Source: Terriglobia bacterium (GTDB taxonomy: Bacteria; Acidobacteriota; Terriglobia; JAJPHL01; JAPKYU01). Taken from it: 64,000 bases of DNA. Position numbers and translations under genes: made by a program. Below are positions 1-11,858 of the stretch, in pieces. Every line of letters starts with the position of its first letter. Positions within the stretch are counted from its first letter, which is position 1. The notes beneath the pieces were generated by a model, which saw nothing but the letters and a program-made list of their open reading frames with translations, made no database searches and was not told the DNA's origin. The stretch spans positions 448,001 to 512,000 of the forward strand of contig CBDBKE010000002.1 of assembly GCA_965206645.1 (NCBI GenBank), written 5' to 3'.

Positions 1-147
1 GTCTTCCCGTTCCCCATCTGCACTTCTATCTGCCGTAGCACCGCTACAATCTGCTCCGGCTTGTAACTCCTTGTCGGCATGACCTCACTTCCTCCTCAAG
101 TGGATTCTCTCTCTTTCCACTTGGTACAAAAAGTGCCGGTCAGGTCA
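1..147 (-). mobile_element. IS3-family element left end (IRL) and start of orfA; runs off window
   Basis: Minus strand begins TGACCTGACCGGCACTTTTTGTACCAAGTGG at 147; ATG at 80 gives MPTRSYKPEQIVAVLRQIEVQMGNGKT; closely similar to the IS end at 21020. Confidence 0.85.
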
Positions 148-157
148 CTTCGATCCG

Positions 158-538
158 TTGCACTATCTGGCGCTGCTGGAGCAGAAGCCGAACGCGTTGA
201 ACCAGGCCGCCCCCCCGGCCGGCTGGGAGTTGCCGGAAGGCTTCGCGCAACTGCGGCGGCTGATGGAGGCGCGGTTAGGCAAGAAGGGCAAGCGGGAGTA
301 TGTGCAGGTCCTGCGACGGCTGGAGACGTTCCGTTGGACGGAAGTGTCGCTGGCCGTCGAGGACGCCTTGCGGCTGGGGGCGATCTGGTCTGACGCGGTC
401 AAGCATCTGCTGCTGGGCCGGATCGAGCAGCGGCCGGCGCGGCTGGACCTGGAGCACTATCCGCACCTGCCGGCAACGCAGGTGGCCACCACAGCCGCCG
501 CCGACTATCTGACCCTGCTCCGGGAAGGAGTCTGCTGA
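158..538 (+). pseudogene. istA: IS21 transposase IstA, C-terminal fragment
   Basis: HYLALLEQKPNALNQAAP...GKREYVQVLR, typical of IstA C-termini; overlaps istB start (TGATG). Confidence 0.8.
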
Positions 539-1302
539 TGGACACGCCCCAGGTGTTGCTGGAACACCATCTGAAGGCCCTGCAATTACCCACCTTTTTG
601 CGTGAGTACGACAAGGTGGCGCAGCAGTGCGCTGCCGAGGGCGTGGACTTCCCGCGCTACCTGCTGCGGTTGACGGAGCTGGAGCTGCTGGACCGGGAAC
701 GGCGCGCCACCGAGCGGCGCATTCACCAAGCCAGGTTCGACGTGGTGAAGAGCCTCGACAGTTTCGATTTCCTGGCCCTTCCGTCGCTGAATAAGGCCTT
801 GGTGCTCGAGCTGGCCCGAGGCGAGTTCATCGAACGCAAGGAGAACATCCTGGCTTTAGGGAACTCGGGCACGGGAAAAACCCACATTGCGTTGGCGCTG
901 GGACTGGCCGCCTGTCAGAAAGGGTTCCGGGTCCGGTTCACTACGGCGGCCTCCCTGGCGCATGAGCTGATCGAGGCCAAGGACGAGCGGCGCCTGATGC
1001 GGTTCCAGAAGATGCTCTCCAGTTTCGAGCTGTTGATCATTGACGAGCTGGGTTTCGTGCCGCTATCCAAGACTGGGGCGGAGTTGCTGTTTGAGGTCTT
1101 CAGCCGGCGCTACGAACGCAGCGCCACCGTGGTGCCCAGCAACCTGCCGTTCAACGAATGGACGGAGGCCTTCGGATCGGAGCGGCTGACCGGAGCCCTG
1201 CTGGATCGTCTCACCCACCATGTCCACATCCTGGAGATGAACGGGGAAAGTTACCGGCTCAAGGACAGCAAACGAAGGCGTTCCGGAAAGCCTCGCGCCT
1301 GA
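538..1302 (+). CDS. istB: IS21 helper ATPase IstB
   Basis: Walker A GNSGTGKT, Walker B LLIIDELG, ALLDRLTHH, GESYR. Confidence 0.93.
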   Translation: MDTPQVLLEHHLKALQLPTFLREYDKVAQQCAAEGVDFPRYLLRLTELELLDRERRATERRIHQARFDVVKSLDSFDFLALPSLNKALVLELARGEFIERKENILALGNSGTGKTHIALALGLAACQKGFRVRFTTAASLAHELIEAKDERRLMRFQKMLSSFELLIIDELGFVPLSKTGAELLFEVFSRRYERSATVVPSNLPFNEWTEAFGSERLTGALLDRLTHHVHILEMNGESYRLKDSKRRRSGKPRA

Positions 1303-1492
1303 TCTCACCCAATACTGGGCGACGAGTTGCGAGGGCGGCTTCCACTCCGGCCTAACCGCGCCGCCCTGCGGGCGTCGCAGGCCTCCGCTCCAACCGCCCC
1401 CGCAACTCCCTCTCAAATCAAAGCTTCCACCACCCCTGAACTGGTCTACTTTCTCTCCGCCGGAGTGGTCTAGTTTTACTCCGCCCTTGACA

Positions 1493-2802
1493 ACCGGGCT
1501 GGCAAGCTCATCCACGTGGGCAATGCCGGCAGCGGCTTCACACAGGCGTCCCAACGGGAAGTGTGGGAAAAGCTGAAGCCGCTCAGCACCGACCACAACC
1601 CGTTCGCCGGCCAGCCGGCGACCCTGGAGCCACCCCACTGGGTCCGTCCGGAACTGATGGCCCGCGTCAAGTTCGCCGAATGGACCGCCGAGGAAAAGAT
1701 GCGCGCCCCTGTCGTACTGGAAGTGCGCCCCACCGCAAACCCGGCGTCTTCCCACGTGCGCGATCCCGCTGGCCACGTGCGCGATCCCGCTGGGGAGTTG
1801 GCCGTCCCGGACGAGCCGCCGCCTTCCCTGTTCTCCGGTTCGCAACAGGTGCAGAGGGTTTCGGTCGAAGGCCGCTCGTTCATGATTCAAAACCTGGGCA
1901 AGCTCTTCTTTCCCGAGGAGGGTTACACCAAGCGCGACGTGGTGGAATATTACGACCGCATCGCCGGCTACCTGCTGCCTTACATGCAGGACCGGCCGGT
2001 GGTGATGAAGCGCTATCCCAACGGCATCCACAAGCCTCACTTTTTCCAGAAGGAGGCAGGGGAGGCGATGCCTCAATGGATCCGCACTGCTTCCATCTCG
2101 TCTGATCGCGGCGGCGGCGAGTTCACCAACTTCGTGATCGCCAACGACCGAGCCACCCTGGTCTACCTGGCCAACCTGGGCTGCATCGAGCAGAACTTGT
2201 GGATGAGCCGCCTGCCGTCGCTCGAAACACCGGACTTTGTGCTCTTCGACCTGGACCCCGGCGAGCAAGTCTCCTTCGAGGTGGTGATCGAGGTGGCGCA
2301 GGCGCTGAAGGCACGGCTGGACCTGCTGGGACTGTCCGGGTATCCCAAAACCTCCGGCTCCCGAGGCATGCACGTCTACGTGCCGCTGGCACCGCAGTAC
2401 AGCTATGATCACAGCCGGCACCTGGCCGAGCTGGTCAGTTTACTGGTGGCCCATGACGTCCCGGACCTGGTCACCTGCGAACGCTCGTTACGCAGGCGGC
2501 GGAAGGACCGTGTCTACCTGGATTTCTTACAGAACGGCTGGGGCAAGACCGTGCCCCCGCCCTACAGCCTGCGCGCCCGGCCGGGCGCGCAGGTCTCGGC
2601 TCCCTTGCGCTGGGAAGAAGTCCGGTCCGGCTTGGACCCCAGCCAGTTCCACCTGCGCTCCATCTGGGAACGACTGGAGACGCAGGGTGACCTATTTGCA
2701 GAGACACTGGAGAAGCGGCAGCGGCTGGAGCCGGCGTTGGAACGCTTGCGGGAGGCGCTGGGAGGAGCAACGAGCAGCGCCAGGGGTTCCCGAAAAGTTT
2801 AA
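1493..2802 (+). pseudogene. ligD: LigD 3' part (ligase OB tail plus intact-looking polymerase domain), interrupted by IS21
   Basis: LIHVGNAGSGF...WVRPEL...FAEWT; YTKRDVVEYY, RYPNGI, FFQK, FDLDP, KTSGSRGMH, YLDFLQN, YSLRARPGAQVSAPLRWEE. Confidence 0.85.
1752..1793 (+). repeat. Exact 21-bp tandem duplication in the ligD linker (HVRDPAG x2)
   Basis: CCACGTGCGCGATCCCGCTGG at 1752-1772 and 1773-1793. Confidence 0.95.
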
Positions 2803-2803
2803 A

Positions 2804-2825
2804 GGGGCTCCTTTGCAGGAGCCCC
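2804..2825. terminator. Hairpin between convergent genes, probable intrinsic terminator
   Basis: GGGGCTCCT-TTGC-AGGAGCCCC with A/T run on the left. Confidence 0.65.
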
Positions 2826-3032
2826 GGCGAAGCATAGCCCGAAGTCCGTCCCCCCGGTCGGCCTTCAGCCTTCTTCGACCAAGGCCAATTCTGTCCCAGG
2901 GCACGGCTGCAGCCAATAGACCCACGGTTACATTTTGCTAGGGACCAAAGTACCAAGGCTCGGTTGCTCCAGACGCGGGACGCGCTGAGTCTCCAGCAGT
3001 CCGCACCCCACCGCCGTCGTTGTCGGCCGTCG

Positions 3033-3785
3033 TTACCTGCCAAGGCTGAGGCGCGTGGCCAGCACCTCAGGCAGACCCGCTTCCAGCATTTTTTGTTGGG
3101 TGGCAGCGATGTTGTACGGCACGCGCCAGTATTCGACCTGGCCCAGTTCGCCATCGCGAGAGTAGATGACGCAGGCGGCTCGGTTGTCCCCGTCACGCGG
3201 CTGACCTACCGCGCCGGGGTTCAACAGGTATTGTTCCTTTTCCTCCAGCTCGAGGTTCTTGGAAGCCACACCCATCTGGAAGCTCGGGTAGACCGCACGC
3301 ACTTCTCCACCACCGTGCCGCAGGAAGCCGCCCTGCATGTGGGTGTGGCCGAAGAAGGTCAGTTGGTAGCCAAGTTGGGGGAACTGCGGCCGAGCATCTG
3401 CCACGTTGAATAGGGATTCGTCCTCGTCCTGAACCGACCCGTGGACAATCTGGAAACCGTCCACTTCCAGAGGGCCGACTCGCAAGGCGCGCAGATAGGC
3501 CAGGTTTTCCGCAGCAAGCTGTTGCCGCGTCCACAGCGCGGCAGTCCGCGCTACCTGGTTGAAGTCCTCCGCCTCGGTCACGCCGCAACAGGCCTTATCG
3601 TGGTTGCCACGGATGACCGCCACAGCGTTGGCACGCACCCAGTCCACCACCGGATTTGGGTCCGGACCATATCCGACCAGGTCGCCGCAGCAGACCACCC
3701 GATCGTAGCGGTTCTCAACCGCCGAGAGTACGGCTTGCAGGCTCTCCAGGTTGCCGTGCAGGTCGCTTACGATCAAATATCGCAT
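3033..3785 (-). CDS. Calcineurin-like metallophosphoesterase
   Basis: SDLHGN, GDLVGYG, RGNHD, HGS, GHTH, NPGAVGQPRD. Confidence 0.92.
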   Translation of the reverse strand: MRYLIVSDLHGNLESLQAVLSAVENRYDRVVCCGDLVGYGPDPNPVVDWVRANAVAVIRGNHDKACCGVTEAEDFNQVARTAALWTRQQLAAENLAYLRALRVGPLEVDGFQIVHGSVQDEDESLFNVADARPQFPQLGYQLTFFGHTHMQGGFLRHGGGEVRAVYPSFQMGVASKNLELEEKEQYLLNPGAVGQPRDGDNRAACVIYSRDGELGQVEYWRVPYNIAATQQKMLEAGLPEVLATRLSLGR

Positions 3786-3916
3786 CGAAAAAGCTTCGGC
3801 CTTCAGCTACCGGATTTCAGCCGGCGATGAGCAAGATTATATGCGAACGGCCGAGCTAGGTGTGAAGGGCCGCGCGGTTGGCCGCTAATGGCTGATTACC
3901 GATCGCTGCCAGCTTC

Positions 3917-5035
3917 TCACATCACCAGCATGCAATCTCCGTAGGAATAGAAACGATAGCGCTCGTGAACTGCATGCTCGTAGGCGCCGAGCACCGCCTC
4001 TCGCCCGGCTAAGGCGCAGGTCAGCATCAGCAATGTGGAACGGGGCAGGTGGAAATTGGTCAGCAGCGCGTCCGTCACCCTGAAAGGGAACCCCGGGTAA
4101 ATGAACAGCGCCGTTTCGCCCGCTCCCCGCGTGATGCTCTCCGATTCGCCCGCGGCGTGCTCCAGGGTGCGGACCGTCGTGGTGCCCACCGCCACCACCC
4201 GGCGCCCTTCCTCCCGTGCCCGGTTGACGGCGACCGCTGCTTCCGGTGGAATTTCGTAGCGCTCCGCGTGCAGGCGGTGTTGCCCGACCTGCTCGACTCG
4301 GACCGGCTGAAAGGTGCCCAGCCCTACATGCAGGGTCAGCTCGGCGATTGCCACTCCGCGCGTCCGCAGCCGGTCCAGCATCTCCCCGGTGAAGTGCAGC
4401 CCGGCGGTGGGCGCAGCGACCGATCCGGCCGAGCGGGCGTAGACCGTCTGGTAGCAGGCAGCGTCCTGCTCCTGGTCGCTGCGCCGGATGTAGGGCGGCA
4501 GCGGCACGTGCCCCAGCCTTTCCAGGTGCTCCCAAAAGTCTCCACTCCAGCGGAAGCGCAGGGTTCGCTCGCCAAACGGACCCCGTCCGACCACCTCCCC
4601 CTCCAGTCCCTCTCCAAAATGAATCCGCTCGCCCACGCTGATTTTGCGTCCGGGACGGACCAGAACTTCCCAGGTTTCTGCATCGAGTTGCTTGGTCAGC
4701 AGCACCTCGACTTGCCGGGTCAGAAACGGGCGTGAGGCTGGATTGCGCGGGCTCAGCCGCTGCGCGCGAACTCCGCTCCGGCTCCCAAATAGGCGCGCTC
4801 GGATCACTCGGCTGTTGTTCAGCACCAGCAGATCACCTGGTCTCAGCAGTTCTGGCAGTTCGGCAAAGGCGTGGTCGGAGAACCTGCCCGAGGCCCGCTC
4901 CAGCACCAGCATGCGCGAAGCCCCACGCTCGGGTAGCGGTTCCTGGGCGATCAGTTCCGGAGGCAGAGTGTAGTCAAAGTCGGTGACGAGCACACTTGGA
5001 GGGCGGCTGTTGCCAGCCAGGTAGGAGTTTACCAT
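3917..5035 (-). CDS. queA: S-adenosylmethionine:tRNA ribosyltransferase-isomerase
   Basis: [62 protein letters not shown]. Confidence 0.97.
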   Translation of the reverse strand: MVNSYLAGNSRPPSVLVTDFDYTLPPELIAQEPLPERGASRMLVLERASGRFSDHAFAELPELLRPGDLLVLNNSRVIRARLFGSRSGVRAQRLSPRNPASRPFLTRQVEVLLTKQLDAETWEVLVRPGRKISVGERIHFGEGLEGEVVGRGPFGERTLRFRWSGDFWEHLERLGHVPLPPYIRRSDQEQDAACYQTVYARSAGSVAAPTAGLHFTGEMLDRLRTRGVAIAELTLHVGLGTFQPVRVEQVGQHRLHAERYEIPPEAAVAVNRAREEGRRVVAVGTTTVRTLEHAAGESESITRGAGETALFIYPGFPFRVTDALLTNFHLPRSTLLMLTCALAGREAVLGAYEHAVHERYRFYSYGDCMLVM

Positions 5036-5235
5036 GCCAATTGCCGATGGAACCGATGGTGACGATCAGCCCAGCAGCTCCGCGCGAGGCATCCTTGGAC
5101 TGACGCACGCCCTGCCGAGGGGACTGTCGGGCGGAACTGCCAGCAGAACTGGCGGACAAAGTGAGCAGATGGAACAGTCTTCATCCGATATTTAATATAG
5201 CTTATCTAGCTTAAACTACACGTATTATTTATAAT

Positions 5236-5273
5236 TTGACATTAACACGCTAATAATATATTATTAGTGCTAA
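5236..5273 (+). promoter_or_regulatory. sigma70-type promoter of clpB overlapped by a palindromic operator
   Basis: TTGACA 5236-5241, 17-bp spacer, TATTAT 5259-5264; perfect 18-bp palindrome CTAATAATATATTATTAG 5250-5267. Confidence 0.75.
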
Positions 5274-5339
5274 CTAAGAACGTTCAGGCCTGGCGGCGAG
5301 CCGCCCTTAGAGGCCCTCAGAGGGAAGAAGGAGAGATTC

Positions 5340-7991
5340 ATGATTCGCATGGACCGTTTTACGTTGAAGGCGCAGGAGGCCATCGAGCAGGCCCAGCAAG
5401 TGGCCCAGAAGCACGACCACCAGAGCCTGTTGCCGTTGCACATGCTGGTGGCGTTGGTCGCCCAGCCGGACGGCGTGGTGCAGCCGGTGCTAGGAAAACT
5501 GGGCACTTCGCTCGACACCGTGCTGATGGACGCCGATCGAGCTATGAAGGCCATTCCTCAGGTGACCGGCGCCGGTGGCCAGCTCTTATTGTCTCCGCAA
5601 TTGGCCCAGGTCTTCCAGGCCGCTGAGAATGAGGCCGAGCGGTTCAAGGATCAGTACATCTCCACCGAGCATTTGTTGCTGGCCATCGCCGATCTGAAAA
5701 GCGACCCCGCCCAGATGGTGCTGGCGGCCAGCGGGGCCCATCACGAGGCGATCCTGAAGGCACTGGCTGCCATCCGGGGCACCCAGCGGGTGACCTCCCC
5801 GACCCCGGAAACCACCTACCAGGCCCTGGAGCGTTACGCGCGCGACCTGACCGAGCTGGCCCGCAAGGGGCAGCTCGACCCGGTCATTGGCCGCGACGAG
5901 GAAATCCGCCGCGTCATCCAGGTGCTTTCCCGGCGCACGAAGAACAACCCGGTGCTGATCGGTGAGCCGGGCGTGGGCAAAACGGCCATCGCCGAGGGCC
6001 TGGCCCAGCGCATCGTTTCGGGTGATGTCCCCGAGACGCTGAAGTCCAAGCGGCTTGTCGCTCTGGATTTGTCCTCGCTGGTCGCCGGCGCCAAGTTCCG
6101 TGGAGAATTTGAGGAACGGCTGAAGGCGGTGCTAAAGGAAATTAACGATTCACAAGGGCAGGTTGTGCTGTTCATTGACGAACTACACACTCTGGTCGGA
6201 GCCGGGGCGGCCGAGGGGGCCATTGACGCCTCCAACATGCTGAAGCCGGCGCTGGCCCGCGGCGAGCTGCGCGCCATCGGCGCCACCACCCTGAACGAGT
6301 ACAAGAAGAACGTCGAGAAGGACCCCGCGCTGGAGCGCCGCTTCCAGGTGGTTTACGTGGGCGAGCCCACGGTTGAAGACACCATCGCCATCCTACGTGG
6401 ACTGAAGGAGCGCTACGAGACCCACCACCGCGTCCGCATCAAGGACAGCTCCATTGTGGCCGCCGCCACGCTGTCGCACCGCTACATCTCCGACCGCTTC
6501 CTGCCCGACAAGGCCATTGACCTGGTGGATGAGGCGGGCGCCGCCCTCAAGATGCAGATTGACTCGGTGCCGGTGGAGATTGACCAGATCCAGCGTCGCG
6601 CCACCCAACTGGAGATCGAGCGCCAGGCCCTGCTGAAGGAGCAGGACCCGGCCTCGCGCGAGCGGCTGCGCCACCTGGAAGAGGAGCTTGAGCGGTTGCG
6701 CGGCGAGGTCGGCCGGCTGCGCGAGCGCTGGGAGCAGGAGAAGCAGATGATCGGCCGCGTCGGCGAGCTGATGGGGCGGATTGAGCAACTGAAACTGGAA
6801 GAGGAGCAGGCCACCCGCCAGGGTGACCTGACCCGCGCCGCCGAGATTCGCTACGGCCAGCTGGTGGTCCTGGATCGCGAGCTGGGCGAGGCCCAGCTCG
6901 CGATCGAGCAGCAGCAGGCCTCCCTCATGGTCAAGGACGAGGTGGACGACGAAGACATTGCCCGCATTGTGGCCAAGTGGACAGGCATCCCGGTCTCTCG
7001 CATGCTCGAGGGGGAAATCCAAAAGCTGGTGCACATGGAAGAGCGCCTGCGGCTGCGGGTGGTGGGCCAGGAGGAGGCGCTGGCCAAGGTGGCCAACGCC
7101 GTTCGCCGCAGCCGCGCCGGGCTTGCCGACCCGCGCAAGCCCATCGGCTCGTTCATCTTCCTGGGGCCGACCGGGGTGGGCAAGACTGAGCTGGCCCGCG
7201 CCCTGGCCGAATTCCTGTTCGACGACGAGCGCGCCATGGTCCGCCTGGACATGAGCGAGTACATGGAGAAGCATTCGGTGGCCCGCATGATCGGCGCCCC
7301 GCCCGGCTACGTCGGCTACGAGGAGGGCGGCCAGTTGACCGAGCACGTGCGCCGGCGCCCCTACTCGGTGCTGCTGTTCGATGAGGTGGAGAAGGCCCAT
7401 CCGGACGTCTTTAACGCCCTGCTGCAAATCCTGGACGACGGCCGGCTCACCGACGGCAAGGGACGCACCGTGCACTTCAGCAATGCGGTCATCGTCATGA
7501 CCAGCAACGTCGGCTCCAGCCATATCCGCGATGCGCACATCGGCTTCCAGGCGACCAACGGCCGCCGCGAAGCTGCCGAAGCAGAGTTGAGAAAGCGCAT
7601 CCAGGAGGCCCTGCACGCGACCTTCAGGCCGGAGTTCCTGAACCGCATTGACGAGGTGATCACCTTCCGCGTGCTGAGCGAAGGGGAGATTGTCAAGATC
7701 ATCGAGATTCAGCTCGTCGGCCTGCGCAAGATGCTGGCCGAGCGCAAGATCGAGCTCGAGCTGAGCGAGGCGGCCAAGCGCGTGCTGTTTCAGGAGGGCT
7801 ATGACCCGCAGTATGGCGTGCGGCCCTTGCGCCGCGCCATCCAGCGCCTGATCCAAGATCCGCTGGCGATGAAGCTGCTGGAAGGAGAGGTGCTGGCCGG
7901 CGACCGCGTCCGCGTGGACGCCGATGCGGCTGGCGCGCTCGTCTTCGAGCGCCAGCCGGTCCCGCAGCCCGCCGAGGCTCCTGCGGTATAA
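5340..7991 (+). CDS. clpB: ATP-dependent chaperone ClpB
   Basis: Two AAA+ modules ([16 protein letters not shown]), long coiled-coil middle domain, [13 protein letters not shown]; 883 aa. Confidence 0.97.
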   Translation: MIRMDRFTLKAQEAIEQAQQVAQKHDHQSLLPLHMLVALVAQPDGVVQPVLGKLGTSLDTVLMDADRAMKAIPQVTGAGGQLLLSPQLAQVFQAAENEAERFKDQYISTEHLLLAIADLKSDPAQMVLAASGAHHEAILKALAAIRGTQRVTSPTPETTYQALERYARDLTELARKGQLDPVIGRDEEIRRVIQVLSRRTKNNPVLIGEPGVGKTAIAEGLAQRIVSGDVPETLKSKRLVALDLSSLVAGAKFRGEFEERLKAVLKEINDSQGQVVLFIDELHTLVGAGAAEGAIDASNMLKPALARGELRAIGATTLNEYKKNVEKDPALERRFQVVYVGEPTVEDTIAILRGLKERYETHHRVRIKDSSIVAAATLSHRYISDRFLPDKAIDLVDEAGAALKMQIDSVPVEIDQIQRRATQLEIERQALLKEQDPASRERLRHLEEELERLRGEVGRLRERWEQEKQMIGRVGELMGRIEQLKLEEEQATRQGDLTRAAEIRYGQLVVLDRELGEAQLAIEQQQASLMVKDEVDDEDIARIVAKWTGIPVSRMLEGEIQKLVHMEERLRLRVVGQEEALAKVANAVRRSRAGLADPRKPIGSFIFLGPTGVGKTELARALAEFLFDDERAMVRLDMSEYMEKHSVARMIGAPPGYVGYEEGGQLTEHVRRRPYSVLLFDEVEKAHPDVFNALLQILDDGRLTDGKGRTVHFSNAVIVMTSNVGSSHIRDAHIGFQATNGRREAAEAELRKRIQEALHATFRPEFLNRIDEVITFRVLSEGEIVKIIEIQLVGLRKMLAERKIELELSEAAKRVLFQEGYDPQYGVRPLRRAIQRLIQDPLAMKLLEGEVLAGDRVRVDADAAGALVFERQPVPQPAEAPAV

Positions 7992-8012
7992 TTTAGAAGG
8001 GAAGATACCGCA

Positions 8013-8861
8013 ATGAACACGTTTAAGACTGCGTTCTTGCTCACGGCTCTGACCCTGTTGTTTCTGGGCATCGGCCGCGCGATCGGCGGCGAACAGGGCA
8101 TGGTCATGGCCCTGGTTTTTGCCGGCGTGATGAACTTTGCTTCCTACTACTGGTCGGACAAGATCGTGCTGGCGATGTACCGGGCCCAGGAAATCACCCC
8201 GCAGTCCGCCCCGCAGGTGTACCGGCGGGTGCATCCCATGCTGGAGCGGCTGACTGGGCGCGGCAACATGCCCATGCCGCGCCTCTACCTGATCTCCAAC
8301 GAGACGCCCAACGCCTTCGCCACCGGGCGCAACCCCCAGCACGCGGCGGTGGCTGTGACCGCCGGCATCCTGCGGCTGCTGAATGATTCGGAGCTGGAAG
8401 GCGTGGTCGCCCACGAACTGGGGCACGTGCTGAACCGTGACATCCTGATCGCCTCGGTGGCGGCCATGATCGCCGGCGCCATCAGCTACCTGGCGTTTAT
8501 CGGCCGCTGGGCCATGATCTTCGGCGGCTACGGGCGCGGCAGCAACGGCAGAGGCGGCGGGCTGGAAGCATTGGTGATGCTGATCGTGGCGCCCATCGCC
8601 GCCCTGCTGATCCAGATGGCAATCTCGCGCTCGCGCGAGTACGGTGCCGATGCCAAAGCTGTGGAGTTGACCGGCAACCCCTACGGGCTGACCGAGGCGC
8701 TCACGAAGCTGGAGGCGCTGAACAAGCGGATGCCGATGAAGGCCTCGCCGGCCACCGCGCACCTGTTCATCGTCAAGCCGTTCTCCGGCGGCGGCCTGTC
8801 AGCGCTGTTCAGCACCCACCCGCCCATGGAGAAGCGCATCGCCCGCCTCCTCGGCCGCTGA
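8013..8861 (+). CDS. htpX: Zinc metalloprotease HtpX (M48)
   Basis: [30 protein letters not shown]. Confidence 0.95.
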   Translation: MNTFKTAFLLTALTLLFLGIGRAIGGEQGMVMALVFAGVMNFASYYWSDKIVLAMYRAQEITPQSAPQVYRRVHPMLERLTGRGNMPMPRLYLISNETPNAFATGRNPQHAAVAVTAGILRLLNDSELEGVVAHELGHVLNRDILIASVAAMIAGAISYLAFIGRWAMIFGGYGRGSNGRGGGLEALVMLIVAPIAALLIQMAISRSREYGADAKAVELTGNPYGLTEALTKLEALNKRMPMKASPATAHLFIVKPFSGGGLSALFSTHPPMEKRIARLLGR

Positions 8862-8946
8862 GCACGGCAGTTTGTAGATATGGCAAGGCAATGATTGACT
8901 AGCTCAAGAACAAAACCGGCACGCCACTGGGGGCCGGGCTTTCTTC

Positions 8947-9912
8947 TTAGGGAATGAGATCAGGAAAGTCTTGCTTCCCTTTCGGATACAAATGGTCCAT
9001 TCCAACTATTGGAAAACGCTCTTGGTAGGGGTTTAGAGACATAAACCTTTCGACAAACGCGTCCATCGGCCCGAAAACACCAAAATCTGTCCCGTGAGCA
9101 GCGTGAGGAGTAGCGAAAGGCTTCTTCTCACGTTCCGTGTACCAACCGTTACCGCCCACCTGGTAGTAAATCCAACATTCTCTGGCGGCTTCGCAATCAG
9201 GACAACGTACGTCTACAAAACCAAAGATCCGTTCGCCCTTCTTAAGGGGTTCTACACCTTTGGGGAAGTCAATCTCCAACCACTGCGAACGGACATCTCC
9301 TGCTCTGAGATAGTTTATATCCCAAATCTTGACCGGCACCGCAAACAGCTCGGCTCTCAGGATCGTGAAGAACCCTTTCAGCGTGATATCTCTGGCTACT
9401 TTGGACGAGACGTTTCTCAATGCTACTGATAGGTCGTCTCCACTAAATACCCTATGGACATTAAAGATTCGAACGTCTGGTCTCTTTCTCTCTACTTCGT
9501 ACTGCTCCTGAATGATGGACAACTGCTTCTTAGATGCCCTGACGCTTTCCTCAACCAAGGCTTGTTGCTCCTTCATGGACTGGCCTTGCAGTTTGCTCAT
9601 CGCCAGCATCCCTTCTAAGGTCCCGCTTGAAGCATCCAAAACCTCCTGTTGAGTTTTTGCACTAGAGACCATCGTCTCAAGAACCCGTCGGGACGATTCC
9701 AACGCAATCTGCTGCTCCCTTGCTGACTCGATGTAGTAATGCAACGCAACAATAGCCACTAGGAGGGACGCAGTGGCGATCATGACAGAAGCAATGTTCG
9801 CGACAGCGGGAAGTGCCCCAGGAGCTTTCCTCACGGCAGCCGTTAGCTTCTCCCATAGCCTTCTTATCGCAAGCCTTAGCCATTGTTGGGATGCAGCCCG
9901 CTTGGAAGGCAT
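8947..9912 (-). CDS. Hypothetical membrane-anchored coiled-coil protein, lower GC than neighbours
   Basis: 321-aa ORF with one hydrophobic helix, Q/E-rich heptad region, beta-rich C-terminus with CPDC. Confidence 0.6.
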   Translation of the reverse strand: MPSKRAASQQWLRLAIRRLWEKLTAAVRKAPGALPAVANIASVMIATASLLVAIVALHYYIESAREQQIALESSRRVLETMVSSAKTQQEVLDASSGTLEGMLAMSKLQGQSMKEQQALVEESVRASKKQLSIIQEQYEVERKRPDVRIFNVHRVFSGDDLSVALRNVSSKVARDITLKGFFTILRAELFAVPVKIWDINYLRAGDVRSQWLEIDFPKGVEPLKKGERIFGFVDVRCPDCEAARECWIYYQVGGNGWYTEREKKPFATPHAAHGTDFGVFGPMDAFVERFMSLNPYQERFPIVGMDHLYPKGKQDFPDLIP

Positions 9913-9993
9913 GGTTCTATTATATGGTGCCCTCCGTAGACAGGCCAGTTTGCCACTCTTCCTGTATTGCTGAGCTTCTGTTGTTTGTTCTCG

Positions 9994-11649
9994 TCAGCCG
10001 GTGATGGCACCGCGGGAGGCGGTTGAGACCAGGTTGGCGTACTTGGCCATAACGCCGCTGGTGTAGCGGGGCGCGGGCGGCTTCCACTTGGCCAGGCGGG
10101 AGCGGAGTTCACGCTTGGGCAGCTCCACGTTGAGCTGCCGCTTGGGGATATCGAAGGTGATCGTGTCGCCGTCGCGCAGGGCGGCGATGGGCCCACCCAC
10201 GACGGCTTCCGGCGCCACGTGGCCAACCATGATGCCGTGGGTGGCGCCGGAGAATCTGCCGTCGGTCATTAGCGCCACTGACTCGCCCAGGCCCTGCCCG
10301 ACCAGGGCGCCGGTCACCCCCAGCATCTCCCGCATTCCTGGCCCGCCCTTGGGGCCCTCGTAGCGGATCACCAACACGTCGCCGGCCTTGATCTGGCGCT
10401 TCTGTACGGCCTGCATGGCGTCCTCCTCGCGGTCAAACACTCGCGCGGTGCCCTGGAAGCCCGTCGCCTTCTTCCCGGCGATCTTCATCACCGCGCCCTC
10501 CGGCGCCAAGTTGCCACGCAGGATGACCAGACCGCCGTTGGGCGCCAGCGGCTTCGCTAGCGGCAGGACCACCTGCTGGCCGGCCGTCTCGGTCGCCTCG
10601 CGCGCTTCCTCGCCGATGGTTTTTCCGGTAACGGTCGGCTCGTCGCCATGGAGAATTCTGGCTTCCAGCAACCGCTTGCCGACCACGCCCACCCCGCCCG
10701 CCAGGTACACGTCATTGGCGACATAGCGGCCCCAGGGCTTCATGTTGGCCAGCAGCGGGGTGCGGGCGCTGATGTGGTCGAAGTCGTCGATGCTGAGCTC
10801 GATCTCCGCCTCCTGCGCCACAGCCAGCAGATGCAGCACAGCGTTGGTGGAGCCGCCCGTGGCCGCCACTGAGGCGATCGCATTTTCGAGCGAGCGCCTG
10901 GTAATCACCTGGCGCGGCAGGATGTTGTTGCGCAGCGCTTCCATCACGAGCTGGCCGCAGCGAAACGCGACCTCGAGCTTTTCCGGGACCACCGCCGGCA
11001 CCATGGCGCTGCCCATTGGAGAGATGCCCATGATTTCAAACGCGGTGGCCATGGTGTTGGCCGTGAACTGGCCGCCGCAGGCGCCCGCGCCCGGGCAGGC
11101 GGTGTTCTCAATGGCGCGAGATTCCTCCTGAGTAATCCTGCCAGCCGCACACGCCCCGACCGCTTCGAAGACGTCCTGAATGGTCAGGTCACGCCCCTCG
11201 TACTTGCCCGGCATGATGGCCCCGCCATAGAGCATCAGCGAGGGGATGTTCAGCCGCGCCAGCGCCATCACGGTCCCTGGGATGGTCTTGTCGCAGCCGG
11301 AGATGGCCACTAGGGCGTCGAACATGTTGCCCCGTGCCACCAGCTCAATGGAGTCGGCGATTAGCTCGCGGCTGATCAGCGAGGTCTTCATTCCTTCGGT
11401 GCCCATGGTGATCCCGTCCGAGACGGTGATGGTGTTGAACTCCATGGGCGTGCCGCCCGCGGCGCGAACGCCTTCTTTGATCTTGGCCGCCAGTTCGCGC
11501 AGGTGGTAGTTGCAGGGGCCGATCTCGGTCCAGGTGTTGGCTACACCGACGATGGGGCGCGAGAGGTCCTCGTCGGTGAATCCCACTGCCTTCAGCATGG
11601 AGCGCGCTGGCGCCCGGTCCGGTCCCTGGGTGATGGTGGAAGAGGGCAT
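9994..11649 (-). CDS. ilvD: Dihydroxy-acid dehydratase
   Basis: [60 protein letters not shown]. Confidence 0.96.
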   Translation of the reverse strand: MPSSTITQGPDRAPARSMLKAVGFTDEDLSRPIVGVANTWTEIGPCNYHLRELAAKIKEGVRAAGGTPMEFNTITVSDGITMGTEGMKTSLISRELIADSIELVARGNMFDALVAISGCDKTIPGTVMALARLNIPSLMLYGGAIMPGKYEGRDLTIQDVFEAVGACAAGRITQEESRAIENTACPGAGACGGQFTANTMATAFEIMGISPMGSAMVPAVVPEKLEVAFRCGQLVMEALRNNILPRQVITRRSLENAIASVAATGGSTNAVLHLLAVAQEAEIELSIDDFDHISARTPLLANMKPWGRYVANDVYLAGGVGVVGKRLLEARILHGDEPTVTGKTIGEEAREATETAGQQVVLPLAKPLAPNGGLVILRGNLAPEGAVMKIAGKKATGFQGTARVFDREEDAMQAVQKRQIKAGDVLVIRYEGPKGGPGMREMLGVTGALVGQGLGESVALMTDGRFSGATHGIMVGHVAPEAVVGGPIAALRDGDTITFDIPKRQLNVELPKRELRSRLAKWKPPAPRYTSGVMAKYANLVSTASRGAITG

Positions 11650-11858
11650 GCGTGTTCTCCGATTAGGAAGTTAGTCGCAGGGAATCATACCATTGCCACG
11701 CGCGTCTTGGCGCCGGGCTATGCGGGGACAGGGCGGTGGAGGCGGCCTTAGGCGGAAGGGGATCCAGAGCCACGCGGTAGAGGCAGCCTTAGCGTATGGC
11801 CAGCAAAGCCGTATTGCTGCGGCGCCTCGACGGTGAGGATTACTCAGGCGCTGGCCGG

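Larger units (their letters stand above)
148..1492 (+). mobile_element. IS21-family element, 5' part cut off by the IS3 element
   Basis: istA tail plus istB; right end has two tandem TGGTCTA-TTT-CTCCGCC motifs and ends ...CCCTTGACA at 1492. Confidence 0.85.

Noticed and set aside
6393-8762. 789-aa antisense ORF over clpB/htpX and similar long shadow ORFs (1063-2421, 15126-16154, 50470-51624, 44123-45193)
   Set aside because: They are the reverse frame of well-supported high-GC genes and show no motifs.
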